A DNA stretch of 64,000 nucleotides from an uncultured bacterium (lineage in GTDB: Bacteria > Bacillota_I > Bacilli_A > RF39 > UBA660), in assembly GCA_947169285.1 (NCBI GenBank), contig CAMVPB010000005.1:545-64544 (forward strand), written 5' to 3'. The notes beneath the pieces were generated by a model. The model searched no databases, was not told where the DNA came from, and was given only the letters and a program-made list of their open reading frames with translations. Shown here piece after piece: positions 50,988-63,812 of this stretch. Position numbers and translations under genes: made by a program. Every line of letters starts with the position of its first letter. Position 1 is the first letter of the stretch.

Positions 50988-52145
50988 ATGAAAAAAGAAA
51001 AAGAAAATATCTCAAAAACAAAAAAATTAGATGTAAGTAGATTGAATAATTTAATGAATGTGGGTAATAAAATATTAAAAATATTATATATTCTTTTAAT
51101 ATTTTTACTTGTGTATTTAGGTATAATTTTATTAAAAGAGTTCAACATTCTTTCTATAATATTAAAGATTATATCAGTTATAAGTCCATTATTTATAGGA
51201 TTTATAATAGCGTGGTTATTAAATCCATTAGTTAATAGACTAACAAATAAAGGATTAAACAGAACTGTTTCTGTTATATTGTTATATGCACTATTAATTA
51301 TAATCTTATATTTGTTTACGTTAATAGTTTTACCTGCTCTTGCTAATCAAATAAAGGATATAGTAGGAACTATTCCAACAATATTAAGTGATTTAAAATC
51401 ATGGGTAGAAGGTATATTTGATAAAATATCTGATATGAGTTTAGAAAACTTAGATACAACAAAAACTCATTTCTTTGATGCAATAGAGAAAATTGGAACA
51501 AATTTACAAACAAATTTACCGCAAACAGCTCTTAATATAATTTCTTCATTAGTAAGCGGAGTTGGAAAAATTTTATTAAGTTTCATAGTTGGATTTTATA
51601 TATTATTTAACTTTAATGAAGTATCAGATGGTTTTGTAAAGCTTCTTCCTAAAAAGTGGAGAAAAGATGCTAATATGTTACTTTCACAAGTTAGTACAAT
51701 GACTTATGATTATGTAAAAGGTACATTAGTTATTTCTCTTATACTTATGATTATTTCATTTATAGGATTTGCAATTATCGGATTAAAAGCGCCTTTATTA
51801 ATAGCAATGTTTTGTGCGATAACAAATTTAATTCCATATATTGGACCTTATATGGGTGCTGCAGTAGCTGGATTAGTTGGTTTTTCTCAATCAAATGTAA
51901 TAGGTATTTTAACTTTAGTATTTATATTAATAGTCCAAACTTTAGAAGGAAATTTCTTAACCCCATTATTTATGAGTAAAAAAATGAATCTACATCCAGT
52001 AACAATACTTATTTCATTATTAATATTTGGATATTTCTTTGGAATAATAGGTATGGTAATTGCTACACCATTGACAGCACTTTTAAAAATAGTATTTAAT
52101 TTCTTGGATCAAAAATTTAAATTCTTTGAGTACACAAAGGATTAA
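50988..52145 (+). CDS. AI-2E family transporter (PerM/YhhT-like)
   Basis: About 8 TM segments with the characteristic length and layout. A bidirectional hairpin terminator follows at 52158..52182. Confidence 0.7.
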   Translation: MKKEKENISKTKKLDVSRLNNLMNVGNKILKILYILLIFLLVYLGIILLKEFNILSIILKIISVISPLFIGFIIAWLLNPLVNRLTNKGLNRTVSVILLYALLIIILYLFTLIVLPALANQIKDIVGTIPTILSDLKSWVEGIFDKISDMSLENLDTTKTHFFDAIEKIGTNLQTNLPQTALNIISSLVSGVGKILLSFIVGFYILFNFNEVSDGFVKLLPKKWRKDANMLLSQVSTMTYDYVKGTLVISLILMIISFIGFAIIGLKAPLLIAMFCAITNLIPYIGPYMGAAVAGLVGFSQSNVIGILTLVFILIVQTLEGNFLTPLFMSKKMNLHPVTILISLLIFGYFFGIIGMVIATPLTALLKIVFNFLDQKFKFFEYTKD

Positions 52146-52185
52146 AACAAAATAAAAAAATCTCTGTGAAGGAGATTTTTTTTAT

Positions 52186-52392
52186 TTAGTCATGTAAATC
52201 ATGTAAAGGAGCAACTAATAAACCAATATTAATTAATCCAGCAACACCAACAAAAGTGTAAATAATTCTTGATAGAATTGAATCAACACCGAAGATTGCA
52301 CTTACTAGGTTAAAATCAAGAAGTCCAATTAGCCCCCAGTTAATTGCACCAATTATTGTAAATGCAAGTGCTACTCTTTGAAGAATTTTCAA
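52186..52392 (-). CDS. DUF378-family small membrane protein, 68 aa
   Basis: Two TM helices. AINWGLIGL...VGVAGL is the DUF378 pattern. Confidence 0.55.
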   Translation of the reverse strand: MKILQRVALAFTIIGAINWGLIGLLDFNLVSAIFGVDSILSRIIYTFVGVAGLINIGLLVAPLHDLHD

Positions 52393-52501
52393 CTTATAAT
52401 CCTCCTTCCTTATAACTATTAATAGTTTAAACTTTTTTAAGAAAAATATTCATAAATATGTATAAAAAAAATATAATTTATTGTAAATCAAAGGGAGGGT
52501 T

Positions 52502-53494
52502 ATGAAAAAAATATTTGTATTACTTGTAAGCATATGCTTAGTTATGTGTGGCTGTGGTTCTTATAACCAAGAAAAGGCAGTAAAAGATTTTAAAAATCTT
52601 GTAGATAATAATAAAAGTTATTATTTAGAAGGAAATATGTCAATTGTAAGTGGTGAAAAAAACTATACTTATGATGTTAGTGTTTCTTATATGCAAGGGA
52701 GTTATTATAAAGTTAATTTATTAAATACTGATAATTCACATGAACAAATAATTCTTAAAAATGATGAAGGTGTTTATGTTATAACACCAGATTTAAATAA
52801 GAGTTTTAAATTCCAAAGTGATTGGCCTAACAATAGTTCACAAGCTTATATTTTAGAAACAATACTTAATGATATTGAAAAAGATAGTTCAAGATCTTTT
52901 GAAGAAAAAGATGGAAAGTATTATATAACTAGTGGAGTTAATTATCCTAATAATAGTAACTTTAAAACACAAAAAGTAACATTTAATAAAAAAATGGAAC
53001 CAGAAAAAGTAGAAATATTAAGTACTGATGGAACTACTGGTATAACAATGAATTTTACTAAAATAGAATGGAGCAAAAAATTTGAAAAGGATTACTTTAC
53101 TTTAAATGCCAATATTAAAGAAGATTGTTGTAAGGAAACAAAAGAAACTGGAAGTATAGAAGATATAATATATCCGATGTATATTCCAGTAGGGACTAAA
53201 TTTCAAAATCAAGAAGTAGTTAAGTCAGATGGTTCTGAAAGAGTAATACTTACATTTGAAGGTGAAAAACCATTTATATTAGTAGAAGAATTATCAAATG
53301 CATCAAAAGAATTTGAAGTAACCTCTGCAACAGGGGATTTGGTCTTTTACGAAACAATACTTGGTGCTTTAACAGATACATCAGTTAGTTGGTCAAATGG
53401 TGGAAGAGATTATTATATAATTGGTCAAAATTTATCTAATGAAGAACTTTTACAAATAGCATCATCTACTGCATCAGTTGCAGTTGTTAAGTAG
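52502..53494 (+). CDS. Lipoprotein (LolA-like/DUF4367-like fold suspected), 330 aa
   Basis: Lipobox LVMCGCGS after a signal peptide. Confidence 0.5.
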   Translation: MKKIFVLLVSICLVMCGCGSYNQEKAVKDFKNLVDNNKSYYLEGNMSIVSGEKNYTYDVSVSYMQGSYYKVNLLNTDNSHEQIILKNDEGVYVITPDLNKSFKFQSDWPNNSSQAYILETILNDIEKDSSRSFEEKDGKYYITSGVNYPNNSNFKTQKVTFNKKMEPEKVEILSTDGTTGITMNFTKIEWSKKFEKDYFTLNANIKEDCCKETKETGSIEDIIYPMYIPVGTKFQNQEVVKSDGSERVILTFEGEKPFILVEELSNASKEFEVTSATGDLVFYETILGALTDTSVSWSNGGRDYYIIGQNLSNEELLQIASSTASVAVVK

Positions 53495-53551
53495 AATAAA
53501 AAATATTCTACTTTTTTTAATGTATGTTATAATTAAAATAGAGGTGAATAT

Positions 53552-54739
53552 ATGAGAGATGTAGGTACAGTTGTAAGGGGGATTAGAACAGGAGTTATCA
53601 AAGAAGGAGATAACTTAGCTGAGAGAGTTGTTGATTCAGTTTTAAAAGCAAGTGAATCTGAAAACTTTAAATTAGAAGATAGAGATATAATAGCAATTAC
53701 TGAAGCAGTAGTTGGTATTTCCGAAGGAAACTATGCAACTCTTGATCAAATTGCAAAAGATGTTAAAAATAAATTTAACACAAATGAAATAGGAATAGTA
53801 TTCCCAATATTAAGTCGTAATAGATTTGCAGTTTGTCTACAAGCATTTGCAAGAGCAATGGATAAATTAACTATATTACTTAGTTATCCTTCTGATGAAG
53901 TTGGAAATGATATTTTAGATAGAAATTTATTAAAAGAATATAATATTAATCCTTATAGTGATGTTATAAGTGAAAGTGAATATACTAAAAAATTCGGAAC
54001 ATTTAAACATATATTTACAGGTGTAAATATGGTTGATTTTTATAGAGATTTAGTTAAAAAAGAAAATTGTGAAGTTGAATTTGTATTTAGTAATAATCCA
54101 CTTACAATACTTGGATATACTAAAAATGTATTATGTGCAGATATTCATACAAGATTCGAAACAAAAGAACTTCTTAAAAATAATGGAGCAAATATAGTTC
54201 TTGGTATGGATGATATATTAACTTCATCAGTTGATGGAAGTGGATACAATTCAAAATACGGATTACTTGGAACAAATAGATCTACTGAAGATAAAGTAAA
54301 ATTATTCCCAGAAAACGGTCAAGTTTTAGTTGAAAAAGTTCAAAGTATGATAAAAGAAAAAACAGGTGCAACTGTTGAAGTGATGGTTTATGGAGATGGA
54401 GCATTTAAAGATCCAGTAGGAAAAATTTGGGAACTAGCTGACCCAGTTGTATCCCCAGCATATACTTCTGGTTTGGAAGGAAGTCCTAATGAATTAAAAC
54501 TTAAATACTTATCAGATAATAAATTTAAAGACTTAAAAGGTGAAGAATTAAATAATGCAATTAGAGAAGAAATTAAATCAAAAGATAAAGATTTAAAAGG
54601 TCAAATGGCAACTCAAGGTACAACTCCAAGAAGATATACAGATTTAATCGGTTCTCTATGTGATCTTACATCTGGATCAGGTGATAAAGGAACTCCAGTT
54701 GTATTAATTCAAAGATACTTTACTAATTATGGGGAGTGA
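53552..54739 (+). CDS. CofE-like (F420-0:gamma-glutamyl ligase family) protein, 395 aa
   Basis: N-terminal VIKEGDNLAERV...IIAITEAVVGISEGN and C-terminal GTPVVLIQRY parallel CofE-family blocks. The family assignment is tentative. Confidence 0.4.
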   Translation: MRDVGTVVRGIRTGVIKEGDNLAERVVDSVLKASESENFKLEDRDIIAITEAVVGISEGNYATLDQIAKDVKNKFNTNEIGIVFPILSRNRFAVCLQAFARAMDKLTILLSYPSDEVGNDILDRNLLKEYNINPYSDVISESEYTKKFGTFKHIFTGVNMVDFYRDLVKKENCEVEFVFSNNPLTILGYTKNVLCADIHTRFETKELLKNNGANIVLGMDDILTSSVDGSGYNSKYGLLGTNRSTEDKVKLFPENGQVLVEKVQSMIKEKTGATVEVMVYGDGAFKDPVGKIWELADPVVSPAYTSGLEGSPNELKLKYLSDNKFKDLKGEELNNAIREEIKSKDKDLKGQMATQGTTPRRYTDLIGSLCDLTSGSGDKGTPVVLIQRYFTNYGE

Positions 54740-54778
54740 TAACTTGTAAAAGTTATCATTTTTTTTTATAATGAATTT

Positions 54779-55960
54779 ATGGAAATATTAATAGAAAAAC
54801 TTGATAATGAAGGTAATGGTTTATCACATATAAATGGTAAAATTATTTTTATACCTAAATGTTTGGAAGGTGAACTCGTAGATATTGATATAGTAAAAGA
54901 AACTAAAAAGTATTATATTGGTAAACTTAATAAAATAATTATTCCTTCTAAAAAAAGAATAAATAGTCCTTGTAAATATTTTAATAAATGTAATGGATGT
55001 AACTTATTAAATATGAATTATGAAGATACTATAAGTTATAAAGAAAACAAAATTAAAGAGATATTTAAAAAGTATTTAAATTATAATTTAAATGTAAATG
55101 TTATTGAATGTGATAATTATTATAATTATAGAAATAAAGTTTTATTACATATTAAAGATAAATCTATTGGATTTATAAATGAAGATAAAATTACTAATAT
55201 TGATGAATGCAAAATAATAAATAATAATTTAAATAATACAATTAAATTTATTAAATCATTAAATATAATAAATGGTAAAGTTTTATTAAGAGTAAATTAT
55301 TTAAATGAAATATTAATATTAATAGATACAAAAGATAATATAAATTTTAATAAAGTTGGTTCCAATATAAAAGGCATTATATTAAATAATAAAGTTATAT
55401 ATGGACAAGATCATTTTATTGATACTGTTAATGATTTAAAATTTAAGGTAAGTTATAATTCTTTCTTTCAAGTAAATAAAGATGTAAATAGTAAATTATT
55501 TAATATAATAAAAGATAATATAAATGATAAAGATAATGTACTAGATTTATATTGTGGAGTAGGTACTTTAGGAATAAATGCATCTTTAAAAGCTAGTAGT
55601 GTTTTAGGAATAGATAACTTAGAAAGTAATATAAAAGATGCTAATGAAAATAAGAAATTAAATAATATAAAAAATATTGAATTTATTTATGGAGATGCAA
55701 GTATATTTCCTAAATATATAAATAAAAATATTGATGCAATTATAGTAGATCCTCCTAGAAATGGATTAAATAAATTTACACTTAAAAATATAATAGAATA
55801 TAAACCAAATAAAATAATATATGTATCATGTGATCCTTTTACATTAGTAAGAGATTTAAAGGAATTAATGAACATTTATAGTATGGATAAATACTATTTA
55901 TTAGATATGTTTCCTTTTACACATCACATCGAAAGCCTAATGGTTTTAGAAAGGAAATAA
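54779..55960 (+). CDS. 23S rRNA (uracil-C5)-methyltransferase RumA/RlmD family
   Basis: TRAM-like N-terminus, Cys cluster CKYFNKCNGC, SAM motif LDLYCGVGTLG, DPPRNG. Confidence 0.75.
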   Translation: MEILIEKLDNEGNGLSHINGKIIFIPKCLEGELVDIDIVKETKKYYIGKLNKIIIPSKKRINSPCKYFNKCNGCNLLNMNYEDTISYKENKIKEIFKKYLNYNLNVNVIECDNYYNYRNKVLLHIKDKSIGFINEDKITNIDECKIINNNLNNTIKFIKSLNIINGKVLLRVNYLNEILILIDTKDNINFNKVGSNIKGIILNNKVIYGQDHFIDTVNDLKFKVSYNSFFQVNKDVNSKLFNIIKDNINDKDNVLDLYCGVGTLGINASLKASSVLGIDNLESNIKDANENKKLNNIKNIEFIYGDASIFPKYINKNIDAIIVDPPRNGLNKFTLKNIIEYKPNKIIYVSCDPFTLVRDLKELMNIYSMDKYYLLDMFPFTHHIESLMVLERK

Positions 55961-55962
55961 CT

Positions 55963-57048
55963 ATGAATAGAGAAATAAATTGTATAGATTTAATAGAAAT
56001 TTTTTTGAATTATTCTATTCCTGATATTAAATTAGAAAAGGAAACTCCAAATATTAATTTTATATTTGGACAAGATGGTTTTAATTTATTTAAAAAAATT
56101 ATTAATGATGGTGAAAATAGACCACATCACTCAAATAAAACTGATTTAGATTTTTTAATTGAGCATTCTAATGATAACTGTTTAAGTATTCAAATAGATG
56201 ATGCAGAACATTTTTTTAAACATTTAACAACTATAACAAACGAGACAATAAAATTATTTGATGAATATGGTGATAAAATGAATCCTAGAGAAACAACTAG
56301 ATATTTACTTAGACGTATTTGGCTTCGTATGGGAATAAGTGATATTGAAAATATAGATTCTTTTTTAGAAAAACAACTGCAGTTTGTAAAGAATAGAACT
56401 TTTGATTCAATTGAGTCAAAAAATATAGGTACTTTTGATGGATATAATGTTTTAATGAAAACAAAATTAAATGATTTGTGGGATGAAACAACTAGAAGTA
56501 TGGTGTTTACTATTGAAAATTGTGGTGATGAATATGAATTACCTTATGTTTTATATGATATAGATGATGATAATAATTGCTATATATATGGTGTTCAAAA
56601 TAAAGGAATAAATAAAAGTAAAAAAATTGAAAGAAAGCTTTATAAATTAAACAAAGGTATTAATAACCCTAGTGTTCATCCAAGTAAAATTTGTGCTTTG
56701 TTATTATTTGTTGGGCAATTAAAAGCTAAAGGAATTTCAAAAATAATAGTACCTAGTATGCAAGTGTTATCATATCATTATCATGAATTATTGTCAGCAG
56801 AAGCAAAAAAGAATTACGAAGATATAAAAAAGCAATATATTCAACATCCTAATGATGATTATATTAAACATAGATATGATTATCTAAAGAATTGGTATGA
56901 TCATGTATATAAAAAGCAAGATATAATAAGTTATTTAAAAACAGAAGAACTCATGAATTTAATGTATAGGTTAACTGAACATGATACGAGTATAGAAATA
57001 ACTAATGATGTAAATATACAAGGAGATAGTTTAAATATTAAGTTATAG
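55963..57048 (+). CDS. Hypothetical protein, 361 aa
   Basis: ORF immediately after the preceding gene. Confidence 0.45.
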   Translation: MNREINCIDLIEIFLNYSIPDIKLEKETPNINFIFGQDGFNLFKKIINDGENRPHHSNKTDLDFLIEHSNDNCLSIQIDDAEHFFKHLTTITNETIKLFDEYGDKMNPRETTRYLLRRIWLRMGISDIENIDSFLEKQLQFVKNRTFDSIESKNIGTFDGYNVLMKTKLNDLWDETTRSMVFTIENCGDEYELPYVLYDIDDDNNCYIYGVQNKGINKSKKIERKLYKLNKGINNPSVHPSKICALLLFVGQLKAKGISKIIVPSMQVLSYHYHELLSAEAKKNYEDIKKQYIQHPNDDYIKHRYDYLKNWYDHVYKKQDIISYLKTEELMNLMYRLTEHDTSIEITNDVNIQGDSLNIKL

Positions 57049-57063
57049 TTTTTTGAAAGGGAA

Positions 57064-57756
57064 ATGATTGTGAAAAATATAAAAGATAAATTATTTGAAT
57101 TACAGGATAAAAAATATCGAGATTTTCAAATTAAATTAATTCCAAATATTAGTTCTAATAATATAATAGGGGTGCGTACTCCAGAACTTAGAAGTTATGC
57201 AAGAGAATTAGTTAAAAGTAATAATTATAAAATGTTTTTAGAAAATCTACCTCATAAATACTTTGATGAAAATCAATTACATGCTTTTATTATTTCACAG
57301 ATAAAAGATTATGATGAATGTATAAAGTATATAAATAAATTTTTACCATATGTAGATAACTGGGCAACTTGTGATCAAATGTCACCTAAAATATTTAAAA
57401 AACATAGTGACAAGCTATTAATTCAAATCAAAAAGTGGATTAAATCAAAAGAAACATATACTATTCGTTTTGGAATAGGTATGCTTATGCAATATTATTT
57501 AGATGATAATTTCAAAGTAGAATACTTAGAAATGGTTGCTAGTATTAAATCAAAAGAGTATTATGTAAATATGATGATAGCGTGGTATTTTGCAACAGCT
57601 TTGGCAAAGCAATATGATTTAACGATATCATTCATTGAAAATCAAAAACTTGATATATGGACACATAATAAAGCAATTCAAAAAGCTATAGAGAGTTATC
57701 GTATTGCAGATGAAAAGAAAGATTATTTAAAAAGTTTAAAAAGAAAAGAAAAATGA
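57064..57756 (+). CDS. DNA alkylation repair enzyme (AlkD-like HEAT-repeat) family protein
   Basis: Length and helical-repeat composition typical of the family. Assignment moderate. Confidence 0.5.
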   Translation: MIVKNIKDKLFELQDKKYRDFQIKLIPNISSNNIIGVRTPELRSYARELVKSNNYKMFLENLPHKYFDENQLHAFIISQIKDYDECIKYINKFLPYVDNWATCDQMSPKIFKKHSDKLLIQIKKWIKSKETYTIRFGIGMLMQYYLDDNFKVEYLEMVASIKSKEYYVNMMIAWYFATALAKQYDLTISFIENQKLDIWTHNKAIQKAIESYRIADEKKDYLKSLKRKEK

Positions 57757-57773
57757 TTATATAGGAGGATATT

Positions 57774-58262
57774 ATGGAAAAAATAGAAAGTTTTAAAGTG
57801 AATCATGAATTATTAAAAAGAGGAATATATGTATCTAGAAGAGACTATGATAATGATACAAATAAGGTAATAGCAACAACGTTTGATATTAGAATGAAAG
57901 AGCCAAATAAAGAGCCTGTAATGAATACAGCAGAATTACACACTATTGAACATTTGGGCGCAACTTTTCTAAGAAATCATGAAGTTTATAAAAAAGAAAC
58001 AATATACTTTGGACCAATGGGGTGTAGAACAGGATTTTATGCAATATTCAAAGGAGATTTAAATTCTACTGATATAATAGATATTATTAAAGAGATGTTT
58101 AAATTTATTTCAGAATATGAAGGAGATATTCCTGGAGCTGATGCAAAATCGTGTGGAAATTATTTGGATCAAAACTTACCATTCGCTAAATATGAAGCAA
58201 ATAAATTTTATAATGAAGTACTTTTGAATTTAAAAGAAGAAAACCTTATCTATCCAAATTAA
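57774..58262 (+). CDS. luxS: S-ribosylhomocysteine lyase
   Basis: HTIEHL metal-binding motif and CGN near the C-terminus. Confidence 0.85.
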   Translation: MEKIESFKVNHELLKRGIYVSRRDYDNDTNKVIATTFDIRMKEPNKEPVMNTAELHTIEHLGATFLRNHEVYKKETIYFGPMGCRTGFYAIFKGDLNSTDIIDIIKEMFKFISEYEGDIPGADAKSCGNYLDQNLPFAKYEANKFYNEVLLNLKEENLIYPN

Positions 58263-58317
58263 GCAAATACTATATAAATGTTGAAAGTTTAATTTAAATA
58301 ATAAGGAGAATCAAAAA

Positions 58318-58773
58318 ATGATAAATTTCATTTATAAGTTTAAAAAATTTATGTATAATAGATATGGTAGTGATGAGTTATCTAAAGCTTTATTTTATTT
58401 ATACATTTTACTAGTATTAGTTAATTTATTTGTTAGATTTAATATTATATTTTATATTGAACTAATACTAATGATTATAATATTATTAAGATATTTTTCT
58501 AAGAATATAAGTAAAAGAGAAAAAGAAAATATAATATTTTTAAAGAGCAAAACATTTATATTAAAACCATTTAAAAATATTATTAGAAATTTAAAAGATA
58601 AAAATAATGTATATAAAAAATGTCATAAATGTAAAACAATTTTAAAACTACCACTACCTAGTAAAATTGGATTTAAAATAGTTAAATGTCCAGAATGTAA
58701 TTATAGGAATAAGTTTTTGGTTTTAAGAAAACAAAAAATAAAAATAATAAGAAAAAAGAAAGGAAATGATTAA
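58318..58773 (+). CDS. Hypothetical small membrane protein with C-terminal zinc-ribbon (CHKC...CPEC)
   Basis: One TM segment followed by CxxC...CxxC. Confidence 0.4.
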   Translation: MINFIYKFKKFMYNRYGSDELSKALFYLYILLVLVNLFVRFNIIFYIELILMIIILLRYFSKNISKREKENIIFLKSKTFILKPFKNIIRNLKDKNNVYKKCHKCKTILKLPLPSKIGFKIVKCPECNYRNKFLVLRKQKIKIIRKKKGND

Positions 58774-59659
58774 TATGTCAAAAGTATATTTTACAAAAGA
58801 AATTACGCCTGAAAGCTTAATTAAAATTTATGAAGCTTTAGGAGTAGAATTGAAAGGTAAAGTAGGAGTTAAAGTTTCTACAGGAGAAGATGGAGCTAAA
58901 GGATATTTAAAAGCTGATTTGATTGGACCTTTTGTTAAAAAACTTAATGGTACAATATTAGAATGTAATACTGCATATCCAGGAGCTAGAAATAATTATG
59001 AAGATCATATAAAAGTTGCTGAAAAACATGGATTTACAACATTTGCAGATGTAGATATCATGGATAAAGATGGAGAATTTAAAATTCCTGTTAATAAGGG
59101 TAAACATCTTAAATATGATATTGTTGGTGAAAGTTTTAAAAACTATGATTCAATTGTAAATCTTGCTCATGGTAAAGGTCATGCAATGGGAGGATTTGGA
59201 GCAAATTTAAAAAATCAATCAATAGGTATCGCTTCAAGAAATGGAAAAGCATATATTCATAGTTGTGGACAAGATGAAAATCCAGATACAGCTTGGGGTA
59301 GACCTTATGAACAAATAGAATTTATTGAATCAATGACAGAAGCTGCAAAAGCAGTATCTGATTATTTGAAAGAGAATAATAAACAAATAGTTTATATAAC
59401 TGTAATGAATGCATTATCAGTTGATTGTGATTGTGACTGTAATCAAGGTGATCCTGTAATGGAAGATTTAGGCATAGTTGCTTCACTTGATCCAGTCGCT
59501 AATGATCAAGCATTTATAGATATGGTCTGGGCTTCAAAAGATGAAGGATCACATTTACTTAGAGAAAGAATTGATAGACAACTTGGAAGAAAAATACTTC
59601 CTTATGCAGAATCTTTAGGTCTAGGATCAACAAAATATGAACTAATTGAAATAAAATAA
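58766..59659 (+). CDS. DUF362 domain protein
   Basis: Conserved GxG/SVDCDCDCN region and length typical of DUF362. Confidence 0.5.
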   Translation: MINMSKVYFTKEITPESLIKIYEALGVELKGKVGVKVSTGEDGAKGYLKADLIGPFVKKLNGTILECNTAYPGARNNYEDHIKVAEKHGFTTFADVDIMDKDGEFKIPVNKGKHLKYDIVGESFKNYDSIVNLAHGKGHAMGGFGANLKNQSIGIASRNGKAYIHSCGQDENPDTAWGRPYEQIEFIESMTEAAKAVSDYLKENNKQIVYITVMNALSVDCDCDCNQGDPVMEDLGIVASLDPVANDQAFIDMVWASKDEGSHLLRERIDRQLGRKILPYAESLGLGSTKYELIEIK

Positions 59660-59717
59660 TAAAAAGTACTAGAAATTTGAATTTGCATTTGATATAATAC
59701 ATTTGCAAATTTGAAAT

Positions 59718-59794
59718 GGCGATGTAGCTCAGCTGGTTAGAGCGCACGGTTCATACCCGTGAGGTCGTGAGTTCGATCCCCACCGTCGCTACCA
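59718..59794 (+). tRNA. tRNA-Met (anticodon CAT), elongator type, CCA encoded
   Basis: Hand-folded cloverleaf. Acceptor GGCGATG/CGTCGCT, D-arm GCTC-AGCTGGTTA-GAGC, anticodon stem CACGG/CCGTG with loop TTCATAC, T-loop TTCGATC. Confidence 0.85.
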
Positions 59795-59806
59795 ATATGA
59801 TAAGAA

Positions 59807-59866
59807 GCTCGAACTTTTTTGTTTCGAGAGTAATAAATTGCTAACTAGAAATAGTTAGTTTTTTTG
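59807..59866 (+). terminator. Two hairpins after tRNA-Met: gctcgaa-ctttttgt-ttcgag, then ctaact-agaaat-agttag plus T-tract
   Basis: Inverted repeats read directly from the sequence. The first shares the tcgaactttt motif with 4105..4114 and 12390..12399. Confidence 0.6.
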
Positions 59867-59880
59867 TACTTTTAAAGAAA

Positions 59881-60180
59881 GTGAGAGTGATTATTATGTA
59901 TGAAAATATAACTAAACCTTTACAAATAAGTAAAGAATTAAACAATAAGATTGGTTTTATATGCCGGTTTGCTTGTGTTAAGTATGAATTAATACCAGGT
60001 AATATTATATTGGTTAATAATACTAATATTTGCTATGTAAGACCACATATATTAAAAGTTAAAGGAAATGATTATCTTATATTTGAAAACTCTGATATGG
60101 TCTTTAAAAATGGTTATAAAGAAAAAATAAGACTAATAGACTTAGAAACTGAACTAAAAAGCATTGACAACTCAAAATAA
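59881..60180 (+). CDS. Hypothetical protein, 99 aa (possible start 59896)
   Basis: ORF between tRNA-Met and the recombinase gene. Confidence 0.4.
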   Translation: MRVIIMYENITKPLQISKELNNKIGFICRFACVKYELIPGNIILVNNTNICYVRPHILKVKGNDYLIFENSDMVFKNGYKEKIRLIDLETELKSIDNSK

Positions 60181-60336
60181 ATGTTTATAATAAAGAATCA
60201 ATAAAAGAAGAAGTATCTTCGGAAATGGAGGTACATCATGATTAGACTGAAGAATCAGTTATTTAAAAATATTTATATAAGCGTTTTAAGAGGAGTTAAT
60301 GCCCTATGTCAGTAGGATGTTGACCCCTCTTTTTAA

Positions 60337-62235
<1,899 letters not shown>

Positions 62236-62350
62236 TCGAAGGCTCTAAAGAATTAGTCCACGGACTAATTGTATGCTCTGCGTACAATTATCCTAGGGGG
62301 TTAGAGTTTTTGACAATAATAAATTATTCAAAAAAGAAAGGGGATTTTAT

Positions 62351-63739
62351 ATGAGTGATTTATCTTATTCTTTACATTTAGGAAGTGATAAGAATAGAAA
62401 AAATATTTCTAGATCAAATAATAATTTAAGTAATACTACATCATTATCTAATAATGCTATTCAAAATAAAAGACAACTATCAAAAGTGGATAATCATAAT
62501 GCAAGAAAGTATGATAATGATACTGATAAAATATCTATATTGAAAGGTACTAATTCAGTATACAATGATGTTGAAAAATTATATAAAGATATATTTGATA
62601 AATCTAGAATAGAATATAACAAAAAACAAACTAGACCAAGTAGAATGATAGATAATTATTTTGATAAGATATCTAATGATGAAAAAAGAGATCTTGCTTG
62701 TGAAATAATAATTGAACTTGGAGATAAAGATTTTTGGGAAGATAAAGATACTTTCTATAAAGCAAAAATGGAAGAAGTTTTTGAAAAGCAAATATCAGAT
62801 TTAGAAAAATTGGTTCCTAATTTTAAAATAGCAAATGCAATAGTTCATTATGATGAAACTAGTCCACATTTACATATAGTAGGAGTTCCAATTAAAGAAG
62901 GAAATAAAAATGGTATGTCACTTCAAGTTGGTAAGTCTGATGTATTTACAAAAGAGTCATTAGCTGATATTCAATTGAATATGAGAGACTTGTGTATCCA
63001 AAAGTTTAACGAAGTATATCAAACTAATTATGAGTTAAAAGAGAAAGTATTAGGAAGAAATAAAGATATACATGTTATGGATATGGTAGACTATAAAGAA
63101 ACTATGAAAGAAATAGAAACAAATAGACAAAGTATTAAAAAGACAACTAATTCTATAAATGAAATAAAAGAACAATCAAAAGAAATAAAAAATATATTAG
63201 AAAGTTTAGATTCTAACTTATTAAATTATAAATTATCTAAAAGAGATAAATATAAAATAGAAAAGTATGTTAATGAAATGAATAAGTTAAATGAACAATA
63301 TGAAGAATTATTTAAAATATCTTCATCTATTCAAGCAATTAAAAGTAATAATGATGAATTAAAATCTAGTTATAAACATGAGAAATTTCAAAATACAGTT
63401 TTAACTAGTCAATTAATGAGTTTGCATGATAAAGTTAGTAATGAAAATGATAGAAATGCAATATTAGAATATAAACTCGAAGAAGCAAAAGATAATAAAT
63501 TATTATTTATTAAATCTTTAAGTGAAGCAATACATAATAATTCAAAAGATAAGTTTCCTAGAGAATTTGCTAAAAGATTATATGAGAAAAGAGTATTAAA
63601 TAGATCAGAATATAGATGTATTATTGATACTAATTTATCATTTTTCAATCCAAGTGAAGTAGAAGCAGTATTACATAAATTAAATCGAGAAGCAGAACAA
63701 GCAGCAGAAGAATTTTATAATATGCATAGTAGTTTATGA
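62351..63739 (+). CDS. MobV-family (Pre/Mob) plasmid recombination/mobilisation relaxase, 462 aa
   Basis: Motif VHYDETSPHLHIVGVP fits HxDE...PHxH. The C-terminal half is a long coiled coil. Confidence 0.65.
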   Translation: MSDLSYSLHLGSDKNRKNISRSNNNLSNTTSLSNNAIQNKRQLSKVDNHNARKYDNDTDKISILKGTNSVYNDVEKLYKDIFDKSRIEYNKKQTRPSRMIDNYFDKISNDEKRDLACEIIIELGDKDFWEDKDTFYKAKMEEVFEKQISDLEKLVPNFKIANAIVHYDETSPHLHIVGVPIKEGNKNGMSLQVGKSDVFTKESLADIQLNMRDLCIQKFNEVYQTNYELKEKVLGRNKDIHVMDMVDYKETMKEIETNRQSIKKTTNSINEIKEQSKEIKNILESLDSNLLNYKLSKRDKYKIEKYVNEMNKLNEQYEELFKISSSIQAIKSNNDELKSSYKHEKFQNTVLTSQLMSLHDKVSNENDRNAILEYKLEEAKDNKLLFIKSLSEAIHNNSKDKFPREFAKRLYEKRVLNRSEYRCIIDTNLSFFNPSEVEAVLHKLNREAEQAAEEFYNMHSSL

Positions 63740-63812
63740 TGTTTAATTTGACATATTGTATCAAATATGTTATAATATAATCACATTTTAAAAAGGGGGA
63801 GGAATATTTAAA